NCBI GenBank assembly: GCA_963666985.2
Contig: CAXXIA010000002.1
Location: 1,728,001 to 1,792,000 of the forward strand
From: Spirochaetia bacterium
Lineage (GTDB): Bacteria > Spirochaetota > Spirochaetia > DSM-2461
Direction of reading: 5' to 3'
DNA: 64,000 nt
The notes below the pieces were generated by a model that saw nothing but the letters and a program-made list of their open reading frames with translations, was not told the DNA's origin and ran no database searches. The position numbers and the translations under genes were made by a program. Below are positions 1 to 11,186 of this stretch, piece by piece. Each line of letters opens with the position of its first letter. The stretch's first letter is position 1.

Positions 1-450
1 GGCCGGAAGAGCGAACCCATGGAAGCCGAAAGAGCGGAGAAAATTCGTTCGGTTATCGACGGAGCGCACAAAACGTCCTACGGGGAATACATCAAGCTTC
101 TTGATGAAGGTACGGCCAGAGAGCTGGCCCGCGTTGTTCTTCCCTTGAGTCTTTATACGGAATGGTACTGGCAGATTGATCTTCATAATCTTTTCCACTT
201 TTTAAAACTGCGTCTCGATTCTCATGCCCAGAAGGAAATCAGGGCCTATGCCGAGGTAATGAAAGAGCTGGCGTCTAAGGTTTGTCCCTTGGCGTTCGAA
301 TCTTTTGAGCGTCATATTTTCGGCGGAGTCCGATTTTCCGATACGGAGATGGCGGCGCTTCAGAGAATGCTGGACGGCGGCGAGCCCGGCCTTTCGGGAA
401 AGGACGCGGAGCGGTTTGAAACGAAGCTTGCGGAACACCGGCAGATTTGA
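1..450 (+). CDS. thyX: FAD-dependent thymidylate synthase, 3' part (runs in from the window edge)
   Basis: ThyX C-terminal motifs ARELARVVLP..YTEWYW and LRLDSHAQKEIR. Confidence 0.9.
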   Translation, partial: GRKSEPMEAERAEKIRSVIDGAHKTSYGEYIKLLDEGTARELARVVLPLSLYTEWYWQIDLHNLFHFLKLRLDSHAQKEIRAYAEVMKELASKVCPLAFESFERHIFGGVRFSDTEMAALQRMLDGGEPGLSGKDAERFETKLAEHRQI

Positions 451-558
451 TCTTCGGTTTTTTTATTCCGGCCTAATTCCCTAAAGCGAAGAACATCGCC
501 GGTTTTTTGGGGAAAAGCAATTAAACGGCGGATTATCGGCCGCCGAAGGATCTGTTAA

Positions 559-3437
559 TCAGTCCTCCAAACCGTCCGTATTGTCTTTGTTCTCATCGGA
601 CGGCGGTTCTTGGGGAGGTTCGGCTTCCCGCGGCGTCTTTTTTCTGCCGACGAACGACATAATGGAGCCGAGCTTTCGAGAAAAACTTTCACTGACGGCG
701 CCGCCCGGATAGGATTCGGCCAATTGCTTGAACGCATTCAGGCTGTCTTTGATTTTTTCTTCGCTGAGAGCGATGTTATGGCGCTCTCTGCGGCGCCGGT
801 CGTATTTCTGGGCTACGTCCCTGAGATTGGGTTCGCCGGACAACTTGGCGGATAAACCGGCGAGTTTCAGAGGCACCCCTTCTTTTATCAGAAGATCCCG
901 TCCTTCCCCGCTTGTTTGGTCGGTAAGTTCGGAAAGGTATTTGAACATACCGGCCATGCGTTCGGGGGGAATCTTTTCATGCGGTGCTTCCTCCGCCGTT
1001 TCCGGTTCGGGTATGTCTTCCGAAAGATTCTCAAGGAGGTCTTCCGGCCCGCTCGATTCTTCCGACATATCCGTTTCTTCTTCTTCGGCCGCGTCCGCGT
1101 CGAGGTCGAAATCTTCGATAAGGAGGGTTTCCGGCTCTGAGGGCTCGGCCTCCAAAATCAATTCCCGCTCCACGGCGCTTTCGGAAAGGATTGTTTCTTC
1201 GGGAAGATCTTCCGAAAGCGCATCGCTGTCCGGAATGAGGAATCCGCCGTCGTCTTCGGGAACATCTTCTTCGAAAACGGGCTCCTCGGATTCGGTTATT
1301 TCCAGCGTTATTTCGTTCTCGTCTTCTTCAAGGAGGTCTTCTTCATTCAGAGATAAATCATCGATGCCGTCTTCGAGTGTTTCCTCTTCAATTTCCTCGG
1401 TGGGTTCCGGATACTCCGGGAGCTCTTCCTCGGACATGTCCGTTACGGAGATATCGGGTTCCGTTCCGTGAGCGGCCGGCCGCTCCGGTGAGGAAATCGG
1501 TCTGACGTCCTGATAGATAACCTGGGGTGAAACGGAAGGAGACTGGGGAGAAAGATGAATATGAATGGGCGTTCCTTGGTTCATCCCTAAAGCACCGTCG
1601 TCCGGAGCAGAGCCGCTTCGGCCGCCGCCCGAGCCGCGTGAAGGTTCTTCATATTCGGGTCGGTGGAGTTCCGTGTACTCATCGTCCAATTCTTCGGCGG
1701 ATTCATCCAGATAAACGGTTTCTTCTTCTTCATTGATCCGGATGACCGGTTCCATGGAGTTGATATCCAGCAGCGAAAGGGCGTCTTCTTCCTCAAGGGG
1801 GATTTCTTCGATGATGAATCGGTTTCCGCGTCCTCCGGAGGCTCCGGTACGGCCCATGGCCGATTGAAGCTTACGACCGAGCTGCATCGTTCGTTCCGTG
1901 AAGAGATCGCTTTTTTCCTCTTCAAGAGCGGCCGCGGCCGTTTCGTAAAGACTGAGAACATCATTCATTGTGTCCAGATCTTCCGCCTCGCCGCGGGAGC
2001 CTAAGAGATTGACGGCTTCGTCCAGTTTTCCCAAAGCCGCGTCTTTTCGTCCCAGATGTTCGTTCAAGCGGGCGATGGCGATAAGATCGTCCGTTCGGCC
2101 CGGTTCCGCCGCGGCGGCTTCTTCGCGAAGTTTAAGGGCTTGTTGCGAATCCTTTTTGGAGAGAAGGTCGGAGAGAAGACGTCGGCTTTCCGCGTCGTCC
2201 GGATCGGCGGCGACGAGTTCTCCCAGGAGCCTTTTGGCGTCATCCGTGCGATTCGTAGCGATATCAAGACGCGCCAACGCCTGAACGGATTCCGGGTTAT
2301 GCGGGAGTTTTCTAAGGAGAACCTCCGCCTCTTCCGGCCGTGATGTGGCCAGATAAAGATCGGCCTTGGCCCTTAAGGCCCCCGAATGCGACGGAGTCCG
2401 TTCCAGAACATGGTCGAGGCTTTTTTCCGCTTCCGTCCATCGGGCCAGACCCATCAGTGTTGCGGCCATCCGAACCCTGATGTCCGGATCGGTGGGATGA
2501 TGGGTTATTTGCTTGTTGATCTCCTCAAGAGCTTCGCTGAGTTCCTGATTCTCCTGATAGGAGCTGTAGAGATTGAGGGCCGCCTTGGTATAGGCCGGAT
2601 CTTCCTTGAGCGCTTTTTTATAACACTTCCGCGCGTCTTCGACGCGGCCGAGGCGGTCATAGGCGACGCCCAGGTTGTTCAGTGCGCTCAAGTTCTCCGG
2701 TTCAATATCCAGCAGGTTTCGGAAGGTTCGGGCGGCCTCGTCTTCCTGACCCATTTCCTGGAGGACGATGCCGAGATTGTTCAGTTCCGGGCACCCATCC
2801 CGGGCGGCTTTTCAGCGCCGTGTCGAATGCATCTTTCGCTTCTTTCCAGTTGGCTTGGTCTTGAAAAACCAGTCCCATGTTGAACCGGAGTGAAGCGTCC
2901 CCCGCCGTCCGCCGAGATGCCGCGGCGAAAAATCTCCACGGCTTTGTCGCGCTGTTTCCGGGATTCGTAAAGTGTTCCGAGGTTGTTGTAGGCGGGCGTG
3001 TAGCCCGGGTTGATCTCGATGGCCCGGTTGTAGGAAGCCGCCGCTTCGTCGAAACGGCCGGCGGTTTTATGCAGATTTCCGATGTTGTACGGAATATCCG
3101 CGCGGTCCGGTGCGTGTTCCTGAGCCTCCAGGAAGGCGTCGAGGGCTTTGTCGTCTTCTCCCTTTCGCCTGTAGAGAACACCGAGATTGTTCCATGCTTC
3201 GGCATTGTTCGGTTCGAGCTCCAAAACCTTTCGCCATGCCTTTTCCGCTTCAATAACGGATCCTCTGGCCAGGGCGATGTGCCCGGCGAGCAGGTGAAGG
3301 AAAGGATGTTCTTTTTTTGCCGAAGCGAAAGCTTTATCGAGTCTTTGTTCCGCGAGATTCAAATCCGATAGACGAAAAGCCCGCAGTGCGCTTTTAAGAT
3401 AGTCGTTCCAAGTCGTACCGTCGACAATGTTCCTCAT
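559..3437 (-). pseudogene. Large TPR protein with an acidic C-terminal region, split over three frames (pseudogene or sequencing error)
   Basis: The TPR register continues across ORFs 2781-3437, 2702-3253 and 559-2754 (..RRGISAD / DASLRFNMGLVFQ..PGWVP / LNNLGIVLQEMGQ). Extra bases lie near 2899-2903 and about 2785-2792. Confidence 0.75.
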
Positions 3438-5089
3438 GGGCGGAAGTTCATCTCCCTGGTCGGCTCACTGAGAGCTTCATAGTATTGCGGTCTTCCGTTT
3501 TCCGTCGGAGAACCTTCGTTCCAGGCGGCCCTAACGGAGGTATAAATAACTTGATCGCCGTGGACATCGGGCCAGGAAAAGTCCGGCCGTTCTCCCGGGG
3601 CGTATCGGCGTTTGGGTACCCAAGCCATTCCATGAAGGGTATCGTCTTCGTCCGTGGGAACATAGTCCCCGGGACGGGGTCCCCAGGAAACCCACCACCC
3701 GGCAACCTCTTCCTCGGAATCGGGGCTCCAGGACATCCGAAGACCGCTGTCGTCCTGTTCTTTGCGCAGATCGCCGGGCGGCCGCGGAGGAAGGCGGGGA
3801 TCATACTCCATTTGAAGCGTAGAGAGGACCGGTGCGATATCTTCGCCGGGATCGGGATCGAGAACATACCCCAGTATAAAATATCGGCCTTTAAATTGGT
3901 CGTTCGCTTCCCAGCGGTACCAGCGGCCGAAACCCGTCGGATCGTCGGGTTCTTCGACCATTTTGAGTTCCGTCCATGAACCGCCGTTCCCGCCGGGATT
4001 CGGCATTTTAACCAGCCAGGTTTCTTCCCGTGTATCCACGGCTTTTGCGTAAAAGCGGACGCGTGAGGCTCCGGGCGCGTCGTATCGGGCCCGGACGGCC
4101 GAAAGTGATGAACCCGGATAACCCGAATCAACGGCTTGCGTTCGTCCGGCACCCGCCGATGCGGCCTCTTTGTCCGAATATCCTCCGGCGGGGGAACGGG
4201 CCGCGTAGGATGAGGCGATGCGGAATTCGTCGATGTATCCGGAGAACGACGGCGCCAGGTTAAGAGGTCCGTCCGAAAGTCTTCCGATTTTCGGCGAGAA
4301 CGGTTCGGCGCCTTCGCGGCCGTTCGGTGTGGCATGAACCATATCCGTCGGTACGCCGTCGACCAAGTATTCCAGAAGTCCCGGCGAGGCGCCGGAGCGG
4401 CCCGGATGGGCGCTTCCGCGTTTGAACCGAATGCGGTGATGACGCCATTCTCCCGGAATAAGCGGTGAGGAAACTACTGTCAGAGTCAGTGAGCGGTCCG
4501 TATCATGACGGAAGAAATTGCGGAAGGTCCAGATGAGACGGCGGTTTTCAACACGGGCGACGACGCTTTGGACTTCGCCGTTTTCACTTCGTCCCTGCCA
4601 GGAAAAAAAGACTTCACCGTCGCTCAGAGTGACCGGACGGAGTCGGAAATCCAGGGTGAAGTCGCCCCATTCCCGTCCCGGCGCCCAGAACGCGCTTTCC
4701 GCGGGATAGAGACGGATTCCGCCCGCGCCGGGACGAATTGAGGTTTCGCCGCGGGCCGGAAAGAGATCGGAGACCGACCATTGTCCCTCTATGCGGTAAT
4801 GACCGGCGGGATTTTCAATTCCTTCCGATTCGGCCAGAAGCAGCAGATCGATGTCTTCGGGGCTGATATCACCTTCGAGAACGATGTTTGAAAGAAAAGG
4901 ATTGCGGCCCAGGGGAGAAAGGGTCAGAGCGCGCCGCCCCTTCCATCCGTCGGTTTCTCTAAGCCCCTCGGAAACGGTTTGCTCCCAGCCGGCTTCCGCT
5001 CCGTAGGTAACGGTTTCCAGAGCACCGGTTCCGAAGCTGACCGCGACCATAAGCATAAGAAAGGGAATTTTCATGATTTTGCTTTTCAT
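3434..5089 (-). CDS. Secreted hypothetical protein, possible LamG/concanavalin-like and FN3-like domains
   Basis: 551-aa ORF with signal peptide; DFTLDF, GEWRH and FSGYIDEFRI motifs; overlaps the start of the TPR gene. Confidence 0.6.
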   Translation of the reverse strand: MKSKIMKIPFLMLMVAVSFGTGALETVTYGAEAGWEQTVSEGLRETDGWKGRRALTLSPLGRNPFLSNIVLEGDISPEDIDLLLLAESEGIENPAGHYRIEGQWSVSDLFPARGETSIRPGAGGIRLYPAESAFWAPGREWGDFTLDFRLRPVTLSDGEVFFSWQGRSENGEVQSVVARVENRRLIWTFRNFFRHDTDRSLTLTVVSSPLIPGEWRHHRIRFKRGSAHPGRSGASPGLLEYLVDGVPTDMVHATPNGREGAEPFSPKIGRLSDGPLNLAPSFSGYIDEFRIASSYAARSPAGGYSDKEAASAGAGRTQAVDSGYPGSSLSAVRARYDAPGASRVRFYAKAVDTREETWLVKMPNPGGNGGSWTELKMVEEPDDPTGFGRWYRWEANDQFKGRYFILGYVLDPDPGEDIAPVLSTLQMEYDPRLPPRPPGDLRKEQDDSGLRMSWSPDSEEEVAGWWVSWGPRPGDYVPTDEDDTLHGMAWVPKRRYAPGERPDFSWPDVHGDQVIYTSVRAAWNEGSPTENGRPQYYEALSEPTREMNFRP

Positions 5090-5241
5090 TGGAAGCGATT
5101 GTCTCCTGTCCGCAGCGCACGAAGCTCTTTCATAGACTATTCGGTGCGGTTTTACTCAACCGCATTATAACCCGAAACCGATAGCGTCTGTTTCTATACA
5201 AGGTTGGAAACACCCTATATCGTATATATCGGTAGCAAACC

Positions 5242-7092
5242 ATGGCCGATGAAACCGGAAAGATGAACCGTTTAAAAGCAAAGGTCCGGGAATTTCCCCA
5301 AAGTCCGGGCGTTTATGTGATGAAAGATTCCGGCGGCAAGGTGATTTACGTTGGAAAGGCCAAGAGTCTGCGGGCCAGAACGTCATCCTATTTCACCGGA
5401 GAAAAGGATGTAAAAACAAGGTTCCTGGTGGACCGCGCCGCCGATATCGAAGCCATCCTTACGGCGACGGAATATGAGGCCCTCGTTCTTGAAAACACGC
5501 TGATTAAGCGTTATTCGCCCCGGTACAACATCAATCTGAAAGACGGAAAGAGCTATCCCGTCATCAGGATTACCAGCGAGCCCTTTCCCCGGATTTTTCG
5601 AACCAGACGCATCATTCGCGACGGATCGACTTACTTCGGACCTTATCCGAACGTCAACGCCGTGGACGTTTATATCGATTTGATCCACAGATTGTTTCCT
5701 CTTCGGTACTGCAAGAAGCTTCGAAAGCGGGAAAATCCCTGCCTGTATTATCACATCGGCCGCTGCTCCGCGCCCTGTATCGGCAATGTCACTCAAGAGG
5801 AATACGCGAAAAGCATCCGGAAGATTAAGTCTCTCCTGACCGGAAGAAACACCGGGTTCCGCAAGGAATTGGAGCGCCGGATGAAAGCCGCCGCCGCCGA
5901 GCTGGAGTTTGAACGCGCCGCCGAATTTCGGGACGCCCTGGCGTCTCTGGATGTTTTGGACGCCGAGCCCAACGTGATGGATTTTCGTGAAGAGTCCCGT
6001 GATTACGTCTCTTATGTCGCATCCGGCCGCCACGTGGTTTTTGCCGTGATGAAAATGCGGGGCGGTCAGGTGACCGGACGGGAACTGTATGCGAACGAAT
6101 ACGCCGGAACGGCGGCGGAGGCGCTGCCTGAGTTTTTAATTCAGTATTACTCGGAGAGCGGCCGGGACAGACCCGATCGTCTTTTTCTCCCCGACCCTCC
6201 CGACGAACTCGTGGAGCGGTTTTTTTCCGAGGGCGAGGGACGGGTGCCGGCGATACTTGAACCGACGGAAAAAAAGGATGCGGCCGTTCTGGCTCTCGTA
6301 AAACAGAACGCCGGAGCCGAACTTGACCGGATCGTGAGGGAGGAAGGAGACAGACCCGCCTTGGAGGAACTCAAACGGGTTCTTTCTCTTCCGAAGGTAC
6401 CGCGGCGGATTGAAGGTTTTGATATTGCCCATCTGCACGGCAAACACACCGTGGCTTCTTTAGTGTCGTTTTTGGACGGCCGTCCCGACAGAGCCGGATA
6501 CCGCCATTTTAAAATTCGGAGCACCGCGGGGGGCATCGATGATTTTAAAGCAATCTCCGAAGCCGTGGCGAGGCGCTACGAGCGTCTTGTGAATGAAGAG
6601 AAACCCCTGCCGGATCTGATTCTGGTAGACGGAGGGAAAGGGCAGGTTTCATCGGCTCTCGGCGTGCTTAAAGCTCTGGATCTCGATACACGGATTTCGC
6701 TGGCGGGGCTGGCGAAACGGGAAGAAGAAATTTGGCTTCCCGGCGTGAAGGATCCGGTCCGCCTGCCCGAGGGCGATCCCGGACTTCGAATTCTTCAGCA
6801 TGTTCGGGATGAAACGCACCGTTTCGCCACGGCGCACAATCAGAAGCTCCGATCCAAGGATCTGACTCTGGCCACGCTTGAGGGCGTGCCGGGAATCGGT
6901 CCGGCGAAGAGCGCCAAGCTCATCAGCGCGTATAAATCCCTGCAGGGAATCTATGACCGGCGGACGGAGGAAATCGCAAAAACCGCGGGAGTGGGACCGG
7001 AGGTTGCCGAAACGGTCAGGGAATTTCTCGGCCGGGCGCTGGAAAGCCGCGAAACGGCGGCGGTGATGAAGAAAGACGGGTTCGGGGAGTAG
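5242..7092 (+). CDS. uvrC: Excinuclease ABC subunit C
   Basis: GIY-YIG N-terminus (PGVY..IYVGKAKSLR), RIEGFDI, PDLILVDGGKGQ, RDETHRFA, HhH tail. Confidence 0.97.
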   Translation: MADETGKMNRLKAKVREFPQSPGVYVMKDSGGKVIYVGKAKSLRARTSSYFTGEKDVKTRFLVDRAADIEAILTATEYEALVLENTLIKRYSPRYNINLKDGKSYPVIRITSEPFPRIFRTRRIIRDGSTYFGPYPNVNAVDVYIDLIHRLFPLRYCKKLRKRENPCLYYHIGRCSAPCIGNVTQEEYAKSIRKIKSLLTGRNTGFRKELERRMKAAAAELEFERAAEFRDALASLDVLDAEPNVMDFREESRDYVSYVASGRHVVFAVMKMRGGQVTGRELYANEYAGTAAEALPEFLIQYYSESGRDRPDRLFLPDPPDELVERFFSEGEGRVPAILEPTEKKDAAVLALVKQNAGAELDRIVREEGDRPALEELKRVLSLPKVPRRIEGFDIAHLHGKHTVASLVSFLDGRPDRAGYRHFKIRSTAGGIDDFKAISEAVARRYERLVNEEKPLPDLILVDGGKGQVSSALGVLKALDLDTRISLAGLAKREEEIWLPGVKDPVRLPEGDPGLRILQHVRDETHRFATAHNQKLRSKDLTLATLEGVPGIGPAKSAKLISAYKSLQGIYDRRTEEIAKTAGVGPEVAETVREFLGRALESRETAAVMKKDGFGE

Positions 7093-7176
7093 GGCGCCCG
7101 GCTGCAGACAGGTGCGTGAAACGGGATCCGCGGTGGCACGTGTTTCCCCCGTGATTTTCAGCGATTATATCCGTTT

Positions 7177-7542
7177 TCAAATATCGAAAAAATCCTTCGT
7201 GCCGGCATCTTCAAACGGCCAGGGTGTGTCCGGGCAAAGACCTTCATCGAAGATGGTGCCTCCGATGATCTGTTCCGCGAAAAGCCGGTTTTCTTCTTGG
7301 ACTGCGTGTCGACGTTCCGCGGCCCGGTATCCGAAGAATGCCGCGGGCACGGCGGCCGCGATGCCTGCGGTGATGATTGCGGCCGCCAGGATTTTTCCGG
7401 ATCGAGTGAAGCCTCGGCTCTTCGGTGGCGCGTCCTGCGCCGCCCGCCGAATGGCGTTAAAATCCGGTGAAGCCGGTTTTTCTCCATAATCCAGAGCCGC
7501 ATCGAGCATCTGTTTCAGCCACGGCTCATCGTAATTGTTCAT
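7177..7542 (-). CDS. Small single-pass membrane protein, putative anti-sigma factor
   Basis: One TM segment; overlaps the stop of the ECF sigma gene. Confidence 0.5.
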   Translation of the reverse strand: MNNYDEPWLKQMLDAALDYGEKPASPDFNAIRRAAQDAPPKSRGFTRSGKILAAAIITAGIAAAVPAAFFGYRAAERRHAVQEENRLFAEQIIGGTIFDEGLCPDTPWPFEDAGTKDFFDI

Positions 7543-8096
7543 AGTTCGGCCTCCTCGAATTCTTCATATTTCGTTCTGGCTCGGCGGCGCGCCCGTGAGA
7601 GGCGGGATTTAACGGTTCCGGGGAGAATCCCGAGGATTTTCGCGATTTCCGCCGTACTTAAGGCTTCGCGTTCCTTGAGAATCAGCAGCTGGCGGTCTTT
7701 CTCGTCAAGTTCGTAGAACAGCTGTTTCAGTTCGGTCGTCCGCAGTGATTCCATGGCGAGATTTTCGGGATTCGCCCCGGTGTCCCTGCTTTCCCGAATA
7801 ACCCGGAATTCTCTTTGCCGGGCGCGCCGCCGTTTTCGCTCCAAATCGAGTGATGCGTTTCGGGTGATACGAAAGACCCATGTGGAAAAAGACGATTCGA
7901 ACCGGTAACCGCGCAGGGCGCGGTGAATGCGTATAAGGACTTCCTGCAGAACATCGTCCCGGTCCGAGGAGTCTTTCGGACCCGCCGCGGCAATGATGCG
8001 CCGCAGGGATTCGAGTCTTCCCCGGATTAACTGCTCAAAGGCCGATTCGTCTTCCGATTCGACAAAGCGGCGGATGAGCGTTTCTTCTTCGTTCAA
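7539..8096 (-). CDS. ECF RNA polymerase sigma factor
   Basis: DDVLQEV..FSTWVFRITRN (region 2); EIAKILGILPGTVKSRLSRAR (region 4). Confidence 0.92.
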   Translation of the reverse strand: MNEEETLIRRFVESEDESAFEQLIRGRLESLRRIIAAAGPKDSSDRDDVLQEVLIRIHRALRGYRFESSFSTWVFRITRNASLDLERKRRRARQREFRVIRESRDTGANPENLAMESLRTTELKQLFYELDEKDRQLLILKEREALSTAEIAKILGILPGTVKSRLSRARRRARTKYEEFEEAEL

Positions 8097-8659
8097 TTGC
8101 GGTCGGAATTCCCCGAACCGGAACCCGCGGAACCTCCCGCGCCGGATGAACCCGATCCGGAAACTCCCGGTCCCGAAGTCCCCGCACCGGTACCGGGAGA
8201 GCCTTCACCCCGGCGGGCTTGGGGATCGTTTGCATATCGGTCCCTTATTTTCTGCTGTACCCGGATGCGGCGGACGAATTCGGACCACGTTTCTTCGCCG
8301 AGCATTCGGCGAATTTGAAGATAAGTGCGGACCTGGGCCCGTTCCTGTTCCAAACGGAGTTCCGAAGCACGTTCCAGCATTCTGTCGATTTCCCGTTCGT
8401 CGGCGTCGGCTTTGTGGAGTTCCCGGGCCAATTGAGCCTTAATGACGTTTCGCTCAAGGGCCGTTTGCGTGCGAACTTCACGGAATTGTTCCTGAAGAGC
8501 GATGAGTTCCTCGATTTGCCTGTCGGTAAGGTTGAGATTCCTCAGGAAATCCCGGCTCATTTCTTGTGTGGTAACCGCTATTTGAAGATCAATATCTTGG
8601 GCCGAGATGGCCGATGCGGCCAGAATGAAAAGCGTAAGAGCCGTGAACAGTTTTTTCAT
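8093..8659 (-). CDS. Periplasmic Spy/CpxP-like (LTXXQ) protein
   Basis: Signal peptide, LNLTDRQ motif, helical core, Gly/Ser tail; first gene of the sigma operon. Confidence 0.65.
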   Translation of the reverse strand: MKKLFTALTLFILAASAISAQDIDLQIAVTTQEMSRDFLRNLNLTDRQIEELIALQEQFREVRTQTALERNVIKAQLARELHKADADEREIDRMLERASELRLEQERAQVRTYLQIRRMLGEETWSEFVRRIRVQQKIRDRYANDPQARRGEGSPGTGAGTSGPGVSGSGSSGAGGSAGSGSGNSDRN

Positions 8660-8854
8660 GGATGGTTCCCTCTTTTTTCATGCGCTTTCGCTTTTGAGCG
8701 CCGTTTATCCGTTGGACGCCGCCGGAGGGCTTTCGGTTCCCGAAAAGTCTGCTTTTTTCGAGAAACGGATGAATCAGCAAAAAAGGCTGAATAGCCGGTG
8801 CCGGTTAAATCGGCCGGATCGCTGTTCGGGAAACGCGGGGCCGCTTCAAATTCG

Positions 8855-9835
8855 TCAGGTCTCTTCCAGCCGCTTGCGAATTCGATACATCAGGAAGGTG
8901 ATCCACCGCGAAGGTTCCTTTTTGCCGCCGAAGTCAAATCCGGAGGCCGGTCTGTACACCGACGAGGGTGTGTACAGACCATCATCATCGGCCTGTGCTT
9001 CGGCTTTTGCAAGAATCTCTAAAAAACGCGTATCGCCGCGGGCGGCCGAAAAGCGTGAAAGGACGTTTAGGAAGTGGAGAACATCAAACCAGACGAACGG
9101 AGCCTTCAGCTTAAGGAAATCGGTGCCCATTCCGAACAGGAAGGGCCGCTTTTCGGTGCGGTGTTCCCAGAGATTGAGCAGGGATTCGATGCCGGCGGCG
9201 GCTTCGGGTGCGTCGGCGGGAAAACCGAGATCGGCCATCATGCGGAGAGTCACCAGGGTGCCGAAGGGGCAGGAGTCTTCCTTTTTTCCGGGGCCTTTGA
9301 AGCCGGAGCCGAGTACGGGATCGGCGGCGCAGGGCCAGCCGTTCTCCCGTACCAGAGAAACAAGGAATCCTCCCGCCTTGACGACGGCGGGATTTTCGGC
9401 GAGTCCCATTTTCGCCAGAGCGCCGACGATAACGGGTGCGTCGGTAAGAATCCAGGCGGATTCCACTTCGCCGCTTCCGCCGAACATTTTGGGAATCAGA
9501 ATGGGAATGCGGAAAGGGCCTTCCGGAGAGGCCGAGGAAAGAATATCCGAAACAACGGGAGCGGCGGTTTCGTCGGAACGGCGCCATCCGATGTCCGCGA
9601 GGAAATCAAGTTTGTGGATAAGCAGCGACAGTGTTTTATGGTTCTTCAGAGGCGCGCCGGGCCATTCCGAGAACAAATCAATCCATTCGGCGACAGGTTT
9701 GTGAGCCAGCCCCTCTCTGCGGAGCTGTTCGTTTTCCAAAGAATCCTCGGGTTCACCGAGCAGATCGATACGGACGCGCCGTTCCAGCCACGGAGGACCC
9801 TCCTTCAGCCATTCCGTCCGATCCGCCGCGGTCAT
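8855..9835 (-). CDS. Conserved hypothetical protein (possible alpha/alpha-toroid fold)
   Basis: 326-aa ORF; ENGWPC and KEPSRWIT motifs. Confidence 0.55.
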   Translation of the reverse strand: MTAADRTEWLKEGPPWLERRVRIDLLGEPEDSLENEQLRREGLAHKPVAEWIDLFSEWPGAPLKNHKTLSLLIHKLDFLADIGWRRSDETAAPVVSDILSSASPEGPFRIPILIPKMFGGSGEVESAWILTDAPVIVGALAKMGLAENPAVVKAGGFLVSLVRENGWPCAADPVLGSGFKGPGKKEDSCPFGTLVTLRMMADLGFPADAPEAAAGIESLLNLWEHRTEKRPFLFGMGTDFLKLKAPFVWFDVLHFLNVLSRFSAARGDTRFLEILAKAEAQADDDGLYTPSSVYRPASGFDFGGKKEPSRWITFLMYRIRKRLEET

Positions 9836-9837
9836 GG

Positions 9838-10434
9838 TCAGCGCCTTTTTCGTTCCCGGTCGCGTTCAATAGGATCGCCGTGGCCCTTTCGGGCGCCGGC
9901 CTGAACGAGTATGAACACAACCAGAAGGACAACGTAAAGAATCCATGACCATTTTTCGCTGCCGGATGGAAAGACTTGCGCGGTTCCGAGCCAGATCATA
10001 TAGGTTCCGACGAGGGACGTGACGAAGAGAATAAGAATTTTGTACAGAAGCAGAGTCAGCAGACCGCCGGCCAGGGCCGAGGCGAGATAAGCAATGAGCG
10101 TCCCGGTGGAATCGAGGGTCAGCGCCGTATAGGGAAGAACCATGGAGGCGATAACCGCCCCTCCGGCCATGCCGGCCAGAAACAGACTGAAGCGGATGAG
10201 AAAATGGGTCGCGATTCCCAAAGCGATTCCGACGATGATTCCCAGAATGATTCCCAGGCGTTCATTGTCGAGGATACCGCCGAGCCACTGGCCCAGCGAG
10301 AGTCCGATAAAGAGACCGATAATGAACAGTGAGATCTTGTAAAGCCGATAACCCAAGAGTCCGAGGAACAGACCGAAAGGAATAATAAGCCATCCATAAG
10401 GTCCGAAGACATTTACAGTCGTGATGAAATCCAT
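9838..10434 (-). CDS. DUF4203/TMEM198-like membrane protein
   Basis: About 6-7 Gly-rich TM helices; GYRLYK motif. Confidence 0.65.
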   Translation of the reverse strand: MDFITTVNVFGPYGWLIIPFGLFLGLLGYRLYKISLFIIGLFIGLSLGQWLGGILDNERLGIILGIIVGIALGIATHFLIRFSLFLAGMAGGAVIASMVLPYTALTLDSTGTLIAYLASALAGGLLTLLLYKILILFVTSLVGTYMIWLGTAQVFPSGSEKWSWILYVVLLVVFILVQAGARKGHGDPIERDRERKRR

Positions 10435-10477
10435 ACAAGCATCTCCTGAGGCTGAGTGTACGCCCGAGTTCTTCGGG

Positions 10478-11005
10478 CTACAAGAGTCGGCCTTCCAAAG
10501 CTTTAGTCAATTTGTACACATTAGATTCTCGGCGGAATCCAAGCCGCCGAAAAACATTTTCCATGGATCCCGGCGGTCTGTCTTCGTCGCGAATTATAAT
10601 AGAACGGCAATCATCGCGGCTGAACGCCCAGTCGACGGCGGAACGGACGGCTTCCGCGGAAAGCGGCGTGGCAATCCATTCGGGGGTAATGGTCCAGCGT
10701 AAAACGACGAGTCCGGGTTTCACGGACGAAGGGGAAAACCCCAGGAAACCGACGATGGTTTCTCCTTCGTGGATCATCGCCCAAAGACCTTCCAAGTCGT
10801 GCGTTTCTTCCGTCAAACCGCCGGTCATATCGGCGGAGGAAATCATGTTTTCGAGAATTCCAAGGAAGGTTTCATCGAGGAGAAACGGAGCCAGAGTGAG
10901 ATCCGAACTTTCTTCAAAGCTCTCCAAATCGAGATTTAATTCGGAGATTTCATCTTTGGGAAGATATTTGAGTGTTCCATAGGGGGTAATGATGTCTTCC
11001 TGCAT
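10478..11005 (-). CDS. GNAT-like (RimJ/RimL-type) protein
   Basis: IVGFLGF..EAVRSAVDWAF..VFRRLGFRRE pattern. Confidence 0.55.
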   Translation of the reverse strand: MQEDIITPYGTLKYLPKDEISELNLDLESFEESSDLTLAPFLLDETFLGILENMISSADMTGGLTEETHDLEGLWAMIHEGETIVGFLGFSPSSVKPGLVVLRWTITPEWIATPLSAEAVRSAVDWAFSRDDCRSIIIRDEDRPPGSMENVFRRLGFRRESNVYKLTKALEGRLL

Positions 11006-11186
11006 ATTTATGGATTATACAGAGAGAGCGCCGGCGGATAAAGTAAACATGTTTGTTTTGTTGTTCGCCCGAAGAGGATTGATCGTACCGTGCCGAGTTG
11101 TTCGAATATTCGCCGGTATTGAAAAATAAAAAAGAAAAAGAGGATTCTTTAGACGAAAGAACGCTTTCCGACGTCTTTAAGAGTGT

